A DNA stretch of 32,000 bases from Bacillus subtilis subsp. subtilis str. 168 (GCF_000009045.1 NC_000964.3:540001-572000); one strand, 5' to 3'. Counted from the first letter of the stretch, positions 1-10,135 are shown. Made by a program: numbers and translations. The notes: generated by a model not told the origin, from the sequence alone.

Positions 1-1229
1 GTTGGGTTGATCGTTTCCAAGAGCACACCGACTTAGAAAGTGCCATTATGTCCAGCCGTGATTTTGTCTTATTCCACCCTTTCTTAGCGAATCAGCAGTT
101 AAAAGGTTCAAAGACACGTTCTCCTCACTGCTTAATCACAGGAGACACAGGAAACGGCAAGTCATATCTAGCGAAATTGATCTTTAACTATATCAGCATG
201 TTAAACATCAAATCTCTGTATATAGACCCTAAAAAGGAAATGAGAAAGTGGATTCAAAGAGTCTTGAATGATGAGTACATTAGAGAGAACTTTCCCTTAT
301 ATATTGCACATTTAGAGAAATACAACTATATCACGCTAGATCATGAAAACACGCACAACTGGGGAGCGCTTGACCCTATCTCCTTCCTCCCTCCTATGAA
401 AGCAAAAGAGCTAGTTCAAGTCATTTTTGAACAAGTATATGACTTTAAAGGGAAGGACGACATAAACACAGCTTTCCTTCGTGCTACGTCAGAAGTGATT
501 GATGCGAAACAAAAAGGTGAACAGGTCGGCTCACTTGATATTATTCGGAAGATGCAGAGCCATCCCGAAGAAGCTGTACAAAAAGCTGGTGACTATTTAA
601 ATGAGGTCGTGTCAGATTCCATTTTGAAACTTTGTATTCATGATGGTTCAAATCCTGCATTGTCACTAGAAAAGCGAATTACCATTTTAGAAGTTGAAAA
701 TATGGATTTGCCGGATCATGCTGAGCGACTTGAAAACTACACGATATCACAACTAAAGTCTAGTGCGGTCATGTTTGCACTAGGTAAGTTCTGCGAGCTA
801 TTCGGCATGAATCAAGACGAACAGACTGTTGAATTTATAGATGAAGCTTGGATATTCACCACGTCACAACAAGGAAAAAAAGTAGAAAGACAAATGCGCC
901 GGATTGGTCGCTCATACAACAATGCGGAATACTTCATTTCTCAATCCACAAAAGACGCTTTAAAAGAAGAGGATTCTGGAAACTTTGGCGTTGCCTTTGC
1001 TTTTGACGAACCAAACGAGCGTGAAGAAGTGTTGAAATGGATGAACATGGAGGTCACAAAAGATAACAAAAAAATGATGGAATCCATGTTTCAAGGTCAA
1101 TGCTTATTTAAAGATTACTATGGCCGCACCTCTAAAATTTCGATTGAATGCCTATTCGAAGAATGGCAAGGTGCTCTGAAAACAGTTGAGAAAAAAGCCG
1201 TCGCATATGCGGAAGAAAAATATTTGTAA
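1..1229 (+). CDS. conE: ConE, VirB4-like conjugation ATPase, C-terminal part (runs off the left edge)
   Basis: Reading frame is open from position 3 upstream of the listed ATG (WVDRFQEHTDLESAIMSSRDF...). Walker A-like GDTGNGKS, VirB4/TraE C-terminal signatures (EFIDEAW, QMRRIGRS). Followed by yddF-conG-cwlT as in ICEBs1. Confidence 0.93.
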   Translation, partial: WVDRFQEHTDLESAIMSSRDFVLFHPFLANQQLKGSKTRSPHCLITGDTGNGKSYLAKLIFNYISMLNIKSLYIDPKKEMRKWIQRVLNDEYIRENFPLYIAHLEKYNYITLDHENTHNWGALDPISFLPPMKAKELVQVIFEQVYDFKGKDDINTAFLRATSEVIDAKQKGEQVGSLDIIRKMQSHPEEAVQKAGDYLNEVVSDSILKLCIHDGSNPALSLEKRITILEVENMDLPDHAERLENYTISQLKSSAVMFALGKFCELFGMNQDEQTVEFIDEAWIFTTSQQGKKVERQMRRIGRSYNNAEYFISQSTKDALKEEDSGNFGVAFAFDEPNEREEVLKWMNMEVTKDNKKMMESMFQGQCLFKDYYGRTSKISIECLFEEWQGALKTVEKKAVAYAEEKYL

Positions 1230-1247
1230 AAAGGGGTTGAATCGTAC

Positions 1248-1574
1248 ATGGAAATAGCTTTCTTAAACTCTCTTGTTGTCACGAGTCCAGGCTTTTATAA
1301 AGCTGAGAAAATCACATTGGACGAAGTTAAACAATGGCTGAAGCATTATGATGGTCGATACAAAAGTTTTATCGGACATAAATCAACGGCACAGTTTCTG
1401 CAAAAATTATTAGGTATCAGAATTGAGCAAAATCGAAAGACTTTCAGACATATGAAATATCAAAAAGCAATCTGTTTCTCTCTGTATGAACGATATCCTG
1501 AAAACGTGTTGCTAACGCAAAGAGACTTAGAGAAAGCCAGATACCAATTTTATTTATTAACTCGGTTAGATTAG
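1248..1574 (+). CDS. yddF: YddF, small conserved ICEBs1 protein
   Basis: 108-aa ORF between conE and conG, same strand. Assigned by position and sequence recognition. Confidence 0.85.
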   Translation: MEIAFLNSLVVTSPGFYKAEKITLDEVKQWLKHYDGRYKSFIGHKSTAQFLQKLLGIRIEQNRKTFRHMKYQKAICFSLYERYPENVLLTQRDLEKARYQFYLLTRLD

Positions 1575-1577
1575 GAG

Positions 1578-4025
1578 GTGGTTGTAATGAAAAAGAAAAG
1601 AATTTTGATTGTGTCGGCTATTGTGTTGCTGTTTTTAACTGTTGCTTCAGCTGTAACGGTATTTTCGGCTGATGGAGATACAACGACGCAGCCAAAAGTC
1701 GAAAAAGCTGGCGGCGTGGAATTGAAGGTGAAAAGGTTTCCAATCTCACGCTATCAAGCGAATAATGAAGCATCTGACGATTTAATCAAGGGGGCGTTTG
1801 TTGGGCTGACAAACGTCACTTTTTCTTTTGCGGGAAACATTGTCCGTGTGGTTGATACGGGGATGGATATTTTGTATAACTTGCAACCGATTGACGAGTT
1901 CGCAAATTCTATTACAAACGTCTCTAAAACAGTTTATAAAACACTGAAAAAGAATTTCGGTGAAGCTTTATTTATTTTCACGTGCGCCTATGTTGTCTAC
2001 CTATTCTGTGTGAGAGGTAGCGTAAAAGAAGCAATGCGGCGGAGTATTCTATTTATTTGTGTCATGGTGATCGGTGGGCTTTGGATGTCGAACGCTGGTT
2101 ATTACATGAAAGTATTGAATGCCTTGTCTGTAGAAGCTCAAGGAAAGCTTTTAACTGCGGGGAATGGATTGGTTGGCATTGTTCAAGATGAAGGCAATTT
2201 TGCAGACAGTTCAGCGATTGAAAAAGGAAAAGAAATGGAAGGCACAGTTGCGGTTATGCGTAATCTTTACTTTGACATTGCTTTGATGAAGCCTTTTTTA
2301 ATTGTGAATTTTGATGAAACAAGCGAAAAGAAAATCAATGAGGAAGATACAGATAAAGGCGGACTTAATCGTATAGATAAACTGCTTTCTTATAAGCTTT
2401 CAGAGGATGGAGAAAAAGATAAAAAAGATTATATAAAAGAGACTGAAATTGATGATTATAAAAATGAATCTATGACTTCTGGAAATGTGTTTAATCAGCT
2501 GGGAGAGTCTTTTATCGCTGTGGTCGCTTCTATTGTCATTGGGATACCATTTTTAGCATTAGCGTTCTTTAATTTCTTGCTTCAAGTTGTCGCTTTAGTG
2601 ATAGTTTTCTTTGTGCCATTTGCTTTCATCTTAGCGTATGTTCCTCAATTAGCTTATTCGGGATTTGTTACGCTTGGACGCTTGGGGAGTGTTTACCTAC
2701 TGAAAGCAATGTTAGGGGTTATCGTTCTGTTTGTGTACGTGACTTGTTTTATTGTTGACAAGTTAATACCGCCAAATGGTTTTGGAATGTATCTTTTAAA
2801 TGTTGCTGTCCTTGCTTCAATCTTGTGGATTGGTTTTCACAAGAGGGATGCCATTATCAAGTTTGTGACTGCTGGAAAAGTTGTTTCAGTTGATAATAAT
2901 ATGATGGAAAACATGAGACAAAACATTGTTCAGCCTGCTTGGGAACAAGCGAAGAAAATAGGTGGAGTATGGGGTAACGGAGGCGGCGTATTTACTGACT
3001 TTACAAAGCATTTTGGGGGAAGAAAAGACGGTTCGAATGCTGATGGCGTAACTGGTGCTCCAAGTGGTGGCGGTAATTCACCGAGTGGGACTGCTATGGG
3101 ATATGATAATACTCATGCTATTTCAAGAACCCCGCAAAAAGAAACAGCTAACGGAATAGCTAATCATAACAGTCGAAGCTTAAAACGCAATCCTCAAACT
3201 CTATCGAAAGAACAAGAAAAGCAAAAACAAAAAGAAGCCTTTGCAAATGCAAAAGAAAATAAACAGCAATCCCATTTAGCCAGATTGAGAAAAGACGGAA
3301 TAAACTCTCCTATGTTGAAAGATGCTTTGAATGAAGGGAATGAGGATTTATCCAAACGAGCACCTATCTTGCAGGATAAAAAAGATGAATCAGCACGAAC
3401 AGATCAAAAAGAATATGTGGAACAGCTTCTTAAACAGCCCAATAACCAGCAACAAACTGACGATGCATCATTACAGCATGAAGAAGAATCTACTTCTAAT
3501 CGTGCGCCTGTCTTACAAGAGAATGAAAAAGATACAGAACGTACTGATCAGAAAGCGTATATTTATGACGAACAAAATCAGAATCTTGAAACAGATCAGC
3601 AACAAGATTTTGAAGTCCAGAAAGATGATTCTGTTTCCAATAGTGAGCCTGTAGCACAAGAGAAAACAGCAGAAATCAAACGATCAGATCAAAAAGTCAT
3701 GATGAATCAACCTGAACCGCAGCTCGGTTTTGAAAGTCCTCAATCTACAAAAGTAGAAAATCAACCTATTGCCAATAACGAACGTAAAATCAGACCATCT
3801 GAACCCGCAAAAGTTCATTCAGATGGTATTCGTGTTGATGAAAAACAGGCTGTTGCTCCTGCTGAAAATAAGACTGTATCAAGAGAAAAACAGCCTTCAT
3901 CACAAACAATTAAACGGACTGAACAAAGCGTTAATTCATTTGACCAAGTGTCTTTGAATGAAATTGCAAGACGCTCTTCATCAAAAGTAGAAGATCGACT
4001 GAGAAGGGATGAAAGAACAAGATGA
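1578..4025 (+). CDS. conG: ConG, VirB6-like multi-pass membrane conjugation protein (start more likely ATG at 1587)
   Basis: 815-aa ORF with signal/TM segments, a central polytopic region and a long hydrophilic Q/E/K-rich C-tail. GGAGG at 1574-1578 fits ATG 1587 better than GTG 1578. Confidence 0.92.
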   Translation: MVVMKKKRILIVSAIVLLFLTVASAVTVFSADGDTTTQPKVEKAGGVELKVKRFPISRYQANNEASDDLIKGAFVGLTNVTFSFAGNIVRVVDTGMDILYNLQPIDEFANSITNVSKTVYKTLKKNFGEALFIFTCAYVVYLFCVRGSVKEAMRRSILFICVMVIGGLWMSNAGYYMKVLNALSVEAQGKLLTAGNGLVGIVQDEGNFADSSAIEKGKEMEGTVAVMRNLYFDIALMKPFLIVNFDETSEKKINEEDTDKGGLNRIDKLLSYKLSEDGEKDKKDYIKETEIDDYKNESMTSGNVFNQLGESFIAVVASIVIGIPFLALAFFNFLLQVVALVIVFFVPFAFILAYVPQLAYSGFVTLGRLGSVYLLKAMLGVIVLFVYVTCFIVDKLIPPNGFGMYLLNVAVLASILWIGFHKRDAIIKFVTAGKVVSVDNNMMENMRQNIVQPAWEQAKKIGGVWGNGGGVFTDFTKHFGGRKDGSNADGVTGAPSGGGNSPSGTAMGYDNTHAISRTPQKETANGIANHNSRSLKRNPQTLSKEQEKQKQKEAFANAKENKQQSHLARLRKDGINSPMLKDALNEGNEDLSKRAPILQDKKDESARTDQKEYVEQLLKQPNNQQQTDDASLQHEEESTSNRAPVLQENEKDTERTDQKAYIYDEQNQNLETDQQQDFEVQKDDSVSNSEPVAQEKTAEIKRSDQKVMMNQPEPQLGFESPQSTKVENQPIANNERKIRPSEPAKVHSDGIRVDEKQAVAPAENKTVSREKQPSSQTIKRTEQSVNSFDQVSLNEIARRSSSKVEDRLRRDERTR

Positions 4026-5011
4026 TAAGTAAAAAGGTAGTTCTTCCTTTGGTATTCTCGGCTCCTTTTATCTTCTTTTTTGTTTTATGTATCGTAGTGG
4101 TTATGACGATTTCAAGAGAAAATCAAGTCGGGGACGATTTTATAGGCGGCGGGGATGGCGAATATGAAACAGTTGGAATTGCGCCGGAAGTGGAACGATT
4201 TAGAGCAGTATTTGAGAAATATGCCCGTCAAGAAGGCGTTTTTGACCAAGTGAATATTATTATGGCGCTCACCATGCAAGAAAGTGGTGGGCGTTCTTTA
4301 GATATCATGCAAAGTTCCGAAAGTATCGGCTTACCTCCCAACTCCATAACTGACCCAGAACGTTCAATTGAAGTCGGCATTAAACATTTTAAGAAGGTTT
4401 TTAAACAGGCTGGCGGTGATGTTCGTTTAACCTTACAGGCATACAACTTTGGTTCTGGATTTATAGACTATGTCAAAAAGAATGGCGGGAAATACACAAA
4501 GAAATTAGCACTTGATTTCAGCCGATTGCAAGCTTTTAAAATGGGCTGGAAAAGCTACGGTGACCCAAGTTATGTTGACCATGTCATGAGGTATGTGAAA
4601 GGCTCTGATAAAAATGTGAAGCCTGTGAAAGGCTCTATGGATTTCTATGAAACGGTCATGAAAGAAGCTTTGAAATATGAAGGGCAACCGTATGCCTGGG
4701 GAGGTTCAAACCCGGAAACTGGATTTGATTGTTCTGGCCTTGTTCAGTGGTCTTTTGCGAAAGCTGGAATCACTCTTCCTAGAACAGCACAAGAACAACA
4801 TGGGGCAACCAAGAAAATAAGTGAAAAAGAAGCGACTGCGGGTGACTTAGTGTTCTTTGGCGGCACATACGAAGGAAAAGCCATTACTCACGTCGGCATC
4901 TATGTAGGCAATGGCAGAATGTTTAATTCAAATGACAGTGGAATCCAATATTCTGATCTGAAATCAGGTTACTGGAGAGATCACCTTGTATCTTTTGGAC
5001 GCATTAAATAA
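4022..5011 (+). CDS. cwlT: CwlT, bifunctional cell wall hydrolase (lytic transglycosylase/muramidase-like plus NlpC/P60 endopeptidase)
   Basis: SLT-like motif (ALTMQESGGRSLDIMQSSESIG) and NlpC/P60 motif (YAWGGSNPETGFDCSGLVQWSF, THVGIYVGNGRMF). N-terminal TM. ATGA overlap with conG. Confidence 0.95.
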   Translation: MISKKVVLPLVFSAPFIFFFVLCIVVVMTISRENQVGDDFIGGGDGEYETVGIAPEVERFRAVFEKYARQEGVFDQVNIIMALTMQESGGRSLDIMQSSESIGLPPNSITDPERSIEVGIKHFKKVFKQAGGDVRLTLQAYNFGSGFIDYVKKNGGKYTKKLALDFSRLQAFKMGWKSYGDPSYVDHVMRYVKGSDKNVKPVKGSMDFYETVMKEALKYEGQPYAWGGSNPETGFDCSGLVQWSFAKAGITLPRTAQEQHGATKKISEKEATAGDLVFFGGTYEGKAITHVGIYVGNGRMFNSNDSGIQYSDLKSGYWRDHLVSFGRIK

Positions 5012-5025
5012 CTAGGAGTGAAAAT

Positions 5026-5532
5026 ATGAAAACACATATTGCATGGGCTTCAGCTTGTTTATTATTAGTCATGTTAACTGGATTTTTCACGATTGGACAG
5101 CAAACGTATAAGATTGAAAAGTTAAAAGATAAAAATGAAGTTTTGAGCGAAAAAATTAAGGAATTGAACCATATAGAATCAACAAGTAGCGCTTCGGAAA
5201 ATAAGGCATTTTTTGAAGCGTTTTTTAATTACTCCGACATAGATATACGATATGAAACAGTTAAGAAGCACACAACTGGAAAAGGGTTTGATTATGCATT
5301 CCCTTCTCGTTCTGATCAAAAGCACACAGTCAGCGTGCAAAGTGAATTACTATCACTAGAGAGTTATTCAAAGCCGTTAGATGAGTCTCATGAATTGTTT
5401 TTAAACATTGTTGAAGTCGCCACAACTGCAAATTCAGTCACTACGAATCAAGTGTTAATTGTACAAACGACTATGAAAAAAGAAAAGGATGGTTGGTTAG
5501 TCGATAATGTGCAGGTTAAGGGAAATGGATAA
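5026..5532 (+). CDS. yddI: YddI, membrane-anchored protein of the ICEBs1 conjugation module
   Basis: 168-aa ORF with an N-terminal TM directly downstream of cwlT. Confidence 0.82.
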   Translation: MKTHIAWASACLLLVMLTGFFTIGQQTYKIEKLKDKNEVLSEKIKELNHIESTSSASENKAFFEAFFNYSDIDIRYETVKKHTTGKGFDYAFPSRSDQKHTVSVQSELLSLESYSKPLDESHELFLNIVEVATTANSVTTNQVLIVQTTMKKEKDGWLVDNVQVKGNG

Positions 5533-5570
5533 AAGGTGGAAAAGATCAATTTGTTTGTTTATACTAAATA

Positions 5571-5975
5571 TTGAAAAAGGAGGTAATGTTTATTTTGAAA
5601 AACCTTTTTATTTTCCTTAGTTTGATGATGATGTTTGTTTTAACTGCATGTGGTGGAAGCAAGTATGATGATGCGATTGATGATGTAATTAGCCAATATA
5701 AAGAGCATAAAGGAAATGACACAGAGATAAATATTAAAAGAGAGAATGCGATTGTTAGAGTCTATGAAGGGGGCAAATATATTCAGTTTGCATTTTATAT
5801 GCCGGATAACTCTTCACGTGAATTAACAACATTTAAGTATTATGAAAAATTTGGAGATAAATATGAAAAGATGACTGATATGCCGGGGAATGGGGAAAAT
5901 GATCGTCTGGGGTTATCAAAGAAAACACCAGACTATGAAGAAGTAAAAGGAGAAGAGACAGAGTTAGAGGAGTAA
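5571..5975 (+). CDS. yddJ: YddJ, lipoprotein; ICEBs1 exclusion protein
   Basis: N-terminal hydrophobic segment with lipobox LTAC|GG, position after yddI. The exclusion function is established for ICEBs1 YddJ. Confidence 0.85.
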   Translation: MKKEVMFILKNLFIFLSLMMMFVLTACGGSKYDDAIDDVISQYKEHKGNDTEINIKRENAIVRVYEGGKYIQFAFYMPDNSSRELTTFKYYEKFGDKYEKMTDMPGNGENDRLGLSKKTPDYEEVKGEETELEE

Positions 5976-6165
5976 ACCGTGTGTTTACTCCTCTTTTAGT
6001 TTTATTGACATTGGTAAAACAGAGATAGGGTAAGAACTTAGCTAATTAAGAATGAAAATTATAAGGTTTATAAGTTGGAAACTAAATCAAATATGTCTTC
6101 TAAGAATAGATTTATGGGTAAAAGTTGTTTTTACACTATTGGTGCTACTAGCAGTGGCATTTAAG

Positions 6166-6966
6166 TTATTTTAATTTCGTATTAAATTTAGCCTTTATCC
6201 TTTCCCATTTTTTATCTTCTAATGTGAGATCATACATACGGAGTATTTTTTCTTTTAAATTAAATAAGTCTATTGGTTCCTCCAAGGAGAATGCTTTTTT
6301 ATTTTTATCAATTACTCCTTTTATTTCGCCCTTAAAACCAGGGAGGATGAAAGTAGAGCAGTTATTGCTATTCACCCAAGTAGCCCCCATTTCATTAAGG
6401 CAGTATACGCTATCATAGTAATTATCGGATAACATATAAAAGACATATGCACCCTTAAAAAGATGTTTTTTTAGATATTCGAAAATATCTTCATCTCCAG
6501 GAATACCATGATAAGGTGAAGAAGTGTATATTATATCTTCAGAAGACACTCCTATATCCTCTAGTAATTCAACGAAAGCATTACATACAATTTTGTCTTT
6601 TGAGGAGTGGCTAATAAATATTTTTTTCTCTAATTCTCTATTTTGATCACTTGAAAAGTGAGTTATGCTGCTTTTTTCAGTCTCATCTACTACAGGCAAT
6701 TCATCTAAAAATTTTTTTATTTTATTTTCTGTTTCATGATGTTCAAACTCATTAAAAACAAATTCATTTTTATATATTTCATTGCGGTTTCGTGCATACC
6801 AAGTCTTAAGTTGTTCTAGTGAATAACGAATTAACTCAATATCATTTGATTCAAGAGATGTTCGAAATTGATCAATAATATTTGTGAGTACAGGCTCGCG
6901 AGAGTAATCTAGAAGTACTCCTATAATTCCATTAGCCTCAAATTTTAATTTTTTTAATGTGTCCAT
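6166..6966 (-). CDS. spbK: SpbK (YddK), TIR-domain anti-phage protein
   Basis: C-terminal TIR domain: KKIFISHSSKDKIVCNAFVELLEDIG...YVFYMLSDNYYDSVYCLNEMGATW. 266 aa, opposite strand between yddJ and rapI, as in ICEBs1. Confidence 0.93.
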   Translation of the reverse strand: MDTLKKLKFEANGIIGVLLDYSREPVLTNIIDQFRTSLESNDIELIRYSLEQLKTWYARNRNEIYKNEFVFNEFEHHETENKIKKFLDELPVVDETEKSSITHFSSDQNRELEKKIFISHSSKDKIVCNAFVELLEDIGVSSEDIIYTSSPYHGIPGDEDIFEYLKKHLFKGAYVFYMLSDNYYDSVYCLNEMGATWVNSNNCSTFILPGFKGEIKGVIDKNKKAFSLEEPIDLFNLKEKILRMYDLTLEDKKWERIKAKFNTKLK

Positions 6967-7305
6967 TAGATTTCCTCCGACCTAATTTAATCCATTGTTT
7001 GTAAACATTTCATATCTAATTATATAACATAGACTCCTATTCTAACTACTTATTTTAAAGCAGTCTGGATTGTTTGGGTAATTCATAAAAAAATAAAAGA
7101 AAGAAGGAGGAATAGAGTTTTTCTTTTTTTTGTTTGCAATGTTACTGTCAAGTCGCAAAAGAATTGCTATGACCGAAAAAAAACCGCAAAGGAATAGATA
7201 TAAGGTACCTTTTTGCAATTCATCTTTGTAAAATAAAGGTTATTCTGACATAATACAATTAATGTAAAAATTCGCACAATTTTATGTAAGGATGGGGGAA
7301 TTTTC

Positions 7306-8481
7306 TTGCGGGGTGTTTTCTTAGATAAAGATAAAATTCCGTACGACTTAGTCACGAAAAAGTTAAATGAATGGTATACATCAATAAAAAATGATCAAGT
7401 TGAGCAAGCCGAGATTATAAAAACAGAAGTAGAGAAAGAATTGTTAAACATGGAAGAAAATCAAGATGCCCTGTTATATTATCAACTATTAGAATTTAGA
7501 CATGAGATAATGCTGAGTTATATGAAATCTAAGGAAATAGAAGATCTCAATAATGCTTATGAGACTATAAAAGAAATTGAGAAGCAAGGGCAATTAACTG
7601 GCATGTTGGAATACTATTTTTACTTTTTTAAGGGTATGTACGAGTTTAGGCGTAAAGAATTAATTTCAGCGATAAGTGCTTATCGAATAGCTGAATCAAA
7701 GTTGTCAGAAGTTGAGGATGAAATAGAGAAAGCAGAGTTTTTTTTCAAAGTGTCCTATGTATATTATTATATGAAACAAACATACTTCTCCATGAATTAT
7801 GCAAATCGTGCACTCAAAATATTTAGAGAGTATGAAGAATATGCTGTCCAGACTGTGCGTTGTCAATTTATTGTAGCAGGAAACTTGATCGATTCATTGG
7901 AATATGAAAGAGCCTTGGAACAATTTTTGAAGTCTTTGGAAATTTCCAAGGAAAGTAACATAGAGCATTTAATTGCAATGTCACATATGAATATTGGGAT
8001 TTGTTATGATGAATTGAAAGAATATAAGAAGGCTTCACAACATTTAATTTTAGCGTTAGAAATTTTTGAAAAATCAAAACATAGTTTCTTAACAAAGACT
8101 TTATTCACTCTAACCTATGTAGAAGCAAAACAACAAAATTATAATGTTGCTTTGATATACTTTAGGAAAGGGCGATTTATTGCCGATAAAAGTGATGATA
8201 AGGAATACTCAGCGAAATTCAAAATATTAGAGGGATTATTTTTTTCTGATGGTGAGACTCAATTAATAAAGAATGCATTTTCATATCTGGCTTCGAGAAA
8301 AATGTTTGCTGATGTTGAAAATTTTTCGATTGAAGTCGCTGATTATTTTCATGAACAAGGAAATTTAATGCTCTCTAATGAATATTATCGTATGAGTATT
8401 GAAGCAAGACGAAAAATTAAAAAAGGGGAGATTATTGATGAAAATCAGCCGGATTCTATTGGCAGCAGTGATTTTAAGTAG
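7306..8481 (+). CDS. rapI: RapI, TPR-containing Rap-family regulator of ICEBs1 excision and transfer
   Basis: 391-aa Rap protein with repeated TPR-like helices, overlapped by phrI. Confidence 0.95.
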   Translation: MRGVFLDKDKIPYDLVTKKLNEWYTSIKNDQVEQAEIIKTEVEKELLNMEENQDALLYYQLLEFRHEIMLSYMKSKEIEDLNNAYETIKEIEKQGQLTGMLEYYFYFFKGMYEFRRKELISAISAYRIAESKLSEVEDEIEKAEFFFKVSYVYYYMKQTYFSMNYANRALKIFREYEEYAVQTVRCQFIVAGNLIDSLEYERALEQFLKSLEISKESNIEHLIAMSHMNIGICYDELKEYKKASQHLILALEIFEKSKHSFLTKTLFTLTYVEAKQQNYNVALIYFRKGRFIADKSDDKEYSAKFKILEGLFFSDGETQLIKNAFSYLASRKMFADVENFSIEVADYFHEQGNLMLSNEYYRMSIEARRKIKKGEIIDENQPDSIGSSDFK

Positions 8482-8557
8482 TGTATTTTCAATAACTTAT
8501 TTGCAAAGTGATCATAATACTGAAATTAAAGTTGCTGCAGATCGGGTAGGGGCATAG
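8438..8557 (+). CDS. phrI: PhrI, pre-peptide of the quorum-signalling pentapeptide DRVGA (absent from the supplied ORF track)
   Basis: ATG 8438 to TAG 8555-8557 translates to MKISRILLAAVILSSVFSITYLQSDHNTEIKVAADRVGA. Signal peptide plus C-terminal DRVGA. Starts inside the rapI 3' end. Confidence 0.95.
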   Translation: MKISRILLAAVILSSVFSITYLQSDHNTEIKVAADRVGA

Positions 8558-8709
8558 CTTAGATAATTGGAAAAGAGGAAAAAAGCTTAATCTTTTTTCG
8601 AAGGTTAAGCTTTTTCTTTTATTTATAAAAAGTGAACTAACTATCAGAAAGAAATTATATTAAATTTTATTTTTTTGTTTAAAAAGTAGATTATATAAAG
8701 GCAAGCTAG

Positions 8710-9651
8710 GTGGGGGAAAATATGTTTAAAAAAGAAAAAGTCACAGAATACATTTGGACTATACTAATACCAACAATCATCACTTTTATCATTAGTTGGG
8801 TTGGGTCTTATTACAATGGTACTTCGACAGTTAGTATTGGACAACCTACAAAAGTTTCCGGTCAGTATATCACGCCAATAAATATAAGTCCCTATCATGA
8901 TATTAAGGAATTAAGAATAACTTTTCCGCAAAAACTAGATGTAAAACAAATTAGTTCAAATGAGCCTATAAATGTAAAATCAGATAAGAACAATATAGGA
9001 GTTGAAAGTAATTCCACTTTTGAGATTGCGAAAATCGTTGAAAATAATAGCGTTCAGTTGCTAATTACAACACAAAAAAAGTTAAACGATAAGGAAATTA
9101 GAATTGATAAAAATGGAAATAACATTTCTGTAAATTATGAATCTCAGATTGTTAATCCTGCAAAAAAACAATTAATCAATCTTATAATTACGTCATCTAT
9201 TTATTTTATAATGCTTAATATACTAGCATTGATTATGAACAAAAGATGGGATAAGTATTATGCAAAAATGAAAAATGAAATCAAAGAATTTGAGGATAAT
9301 GCAAAAGATCTTGATAAAAAATCAAAGAAGAAAAGCGAGGAATTATCGGAGCTGCGAAAGACCTTGAACCAAGCGTTTGAGGAAACTGATAGGATAAAAT
9401 ATCATGAGAAGAAAAAACAAATCCTCCTCTTAGCTAAGTTAAACGATTATAAAAAAGAACTAACCTTTTGGAGAAATACAATAAGAAAAGTTCTTTATGA
9501 ACTTCCTGATGGAGATAAAAAAGCAGATAAACTAATAGGGACAGTTACATCATCTTTAAAAACGTACGGTACAGTCGAAAAAAACGAGCATGATTATGAA
9601 AGTTTAAAAGTAGCAGCTGCCTTACTAAATGATTCTGATAAGAGATCGTAA
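8710..9651 (+). CDS. yddM: YddM, membrane protein with two predicted TM segments and a cytoplasmic coiled coil, function unknown
   Basis: 313-aa ORF. TM near aa 15-30, TM near aa 195-215, then a K/E-rich helical region. GGTGGGGG ribosome-binding region upstream. Last gene before attR. Confidence 0.8.
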
Positions 9652-9872
9652 TGTACTGGATTTTAATAAACTATTAGAAAGAAGATTAGCTGCAAACATC
9701 AGAACGACCAAACAATGGTGGTATGTTTATAGAGTTTAGTTGTTGAAAAGGGCGAACTATGAGTTTGCTGCCCATTTACTGCCCAGAATAAATAACAAAT
9801 CATGAAAATCAGTGTAAATAAAATAACTTAATGCTATAAATAAAGGCTTTTGTAAATAAAGATATGATTTTA

Positions 9873-9932
9873 CTAGGTTGAGGGCCTAGTGGGTGAATAA
9901 CCCGTGGAGGTTCAAGTCCTCTCGGCCGCATC
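9873..9932 (+). mobile_element. attR of ICEBs1: 60-bp repeat comprising the 3' part of a tRNA-Leu (GAG) gene
   Basis: ctaggttgagggcctagtgggtgaataacccgtggaggttcaagtcctctcggccgcatc. It contains anticodon stem/loop CTAGG-TTGAGGG-CCTAG, variable arm, T arm and acceptor 3' strand. No matching tRNA 5' half precedes it. Confidence 0.92.
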
Positions 9933-9937
9933 TCAAT

Positions 9938-9976
9938 AATACCAAGGGTTTAACCACCTTTGGTATTATTTTTTTG
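9938..9976 (+). terminator. Rho-independent terminator of the tRNA-Leu module
   Basis: aataccaagggtttaaccacctttggtattattttttt: stem plus T tract immediately 3' of the tRNA end. Confidence 0.8.
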
Positions 9977-10135
9977 TGTGGAAAATACGGCTATGGGAGA
10001 AGACTTGCTCACCAAAACTCACCAGTTACTTAAAGTAAGTCATCCAAACGGTCGGCGGTTCCTTCTGTTTATTAGGAAAAAGATATCCGTTCATTGTAAA
10101 AGAAACGAACCATGTCCTATTCGTTCAAAAAAACT

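Noticed and set aside
3331-3957. Alternative-frame + strand ORFs (107 aa and 62 aa) inside conG
   Set aside because: They fall within the well-supported ConG frame, have no RBS, and have low-complexity composition mirroring the repeat-rich tail.
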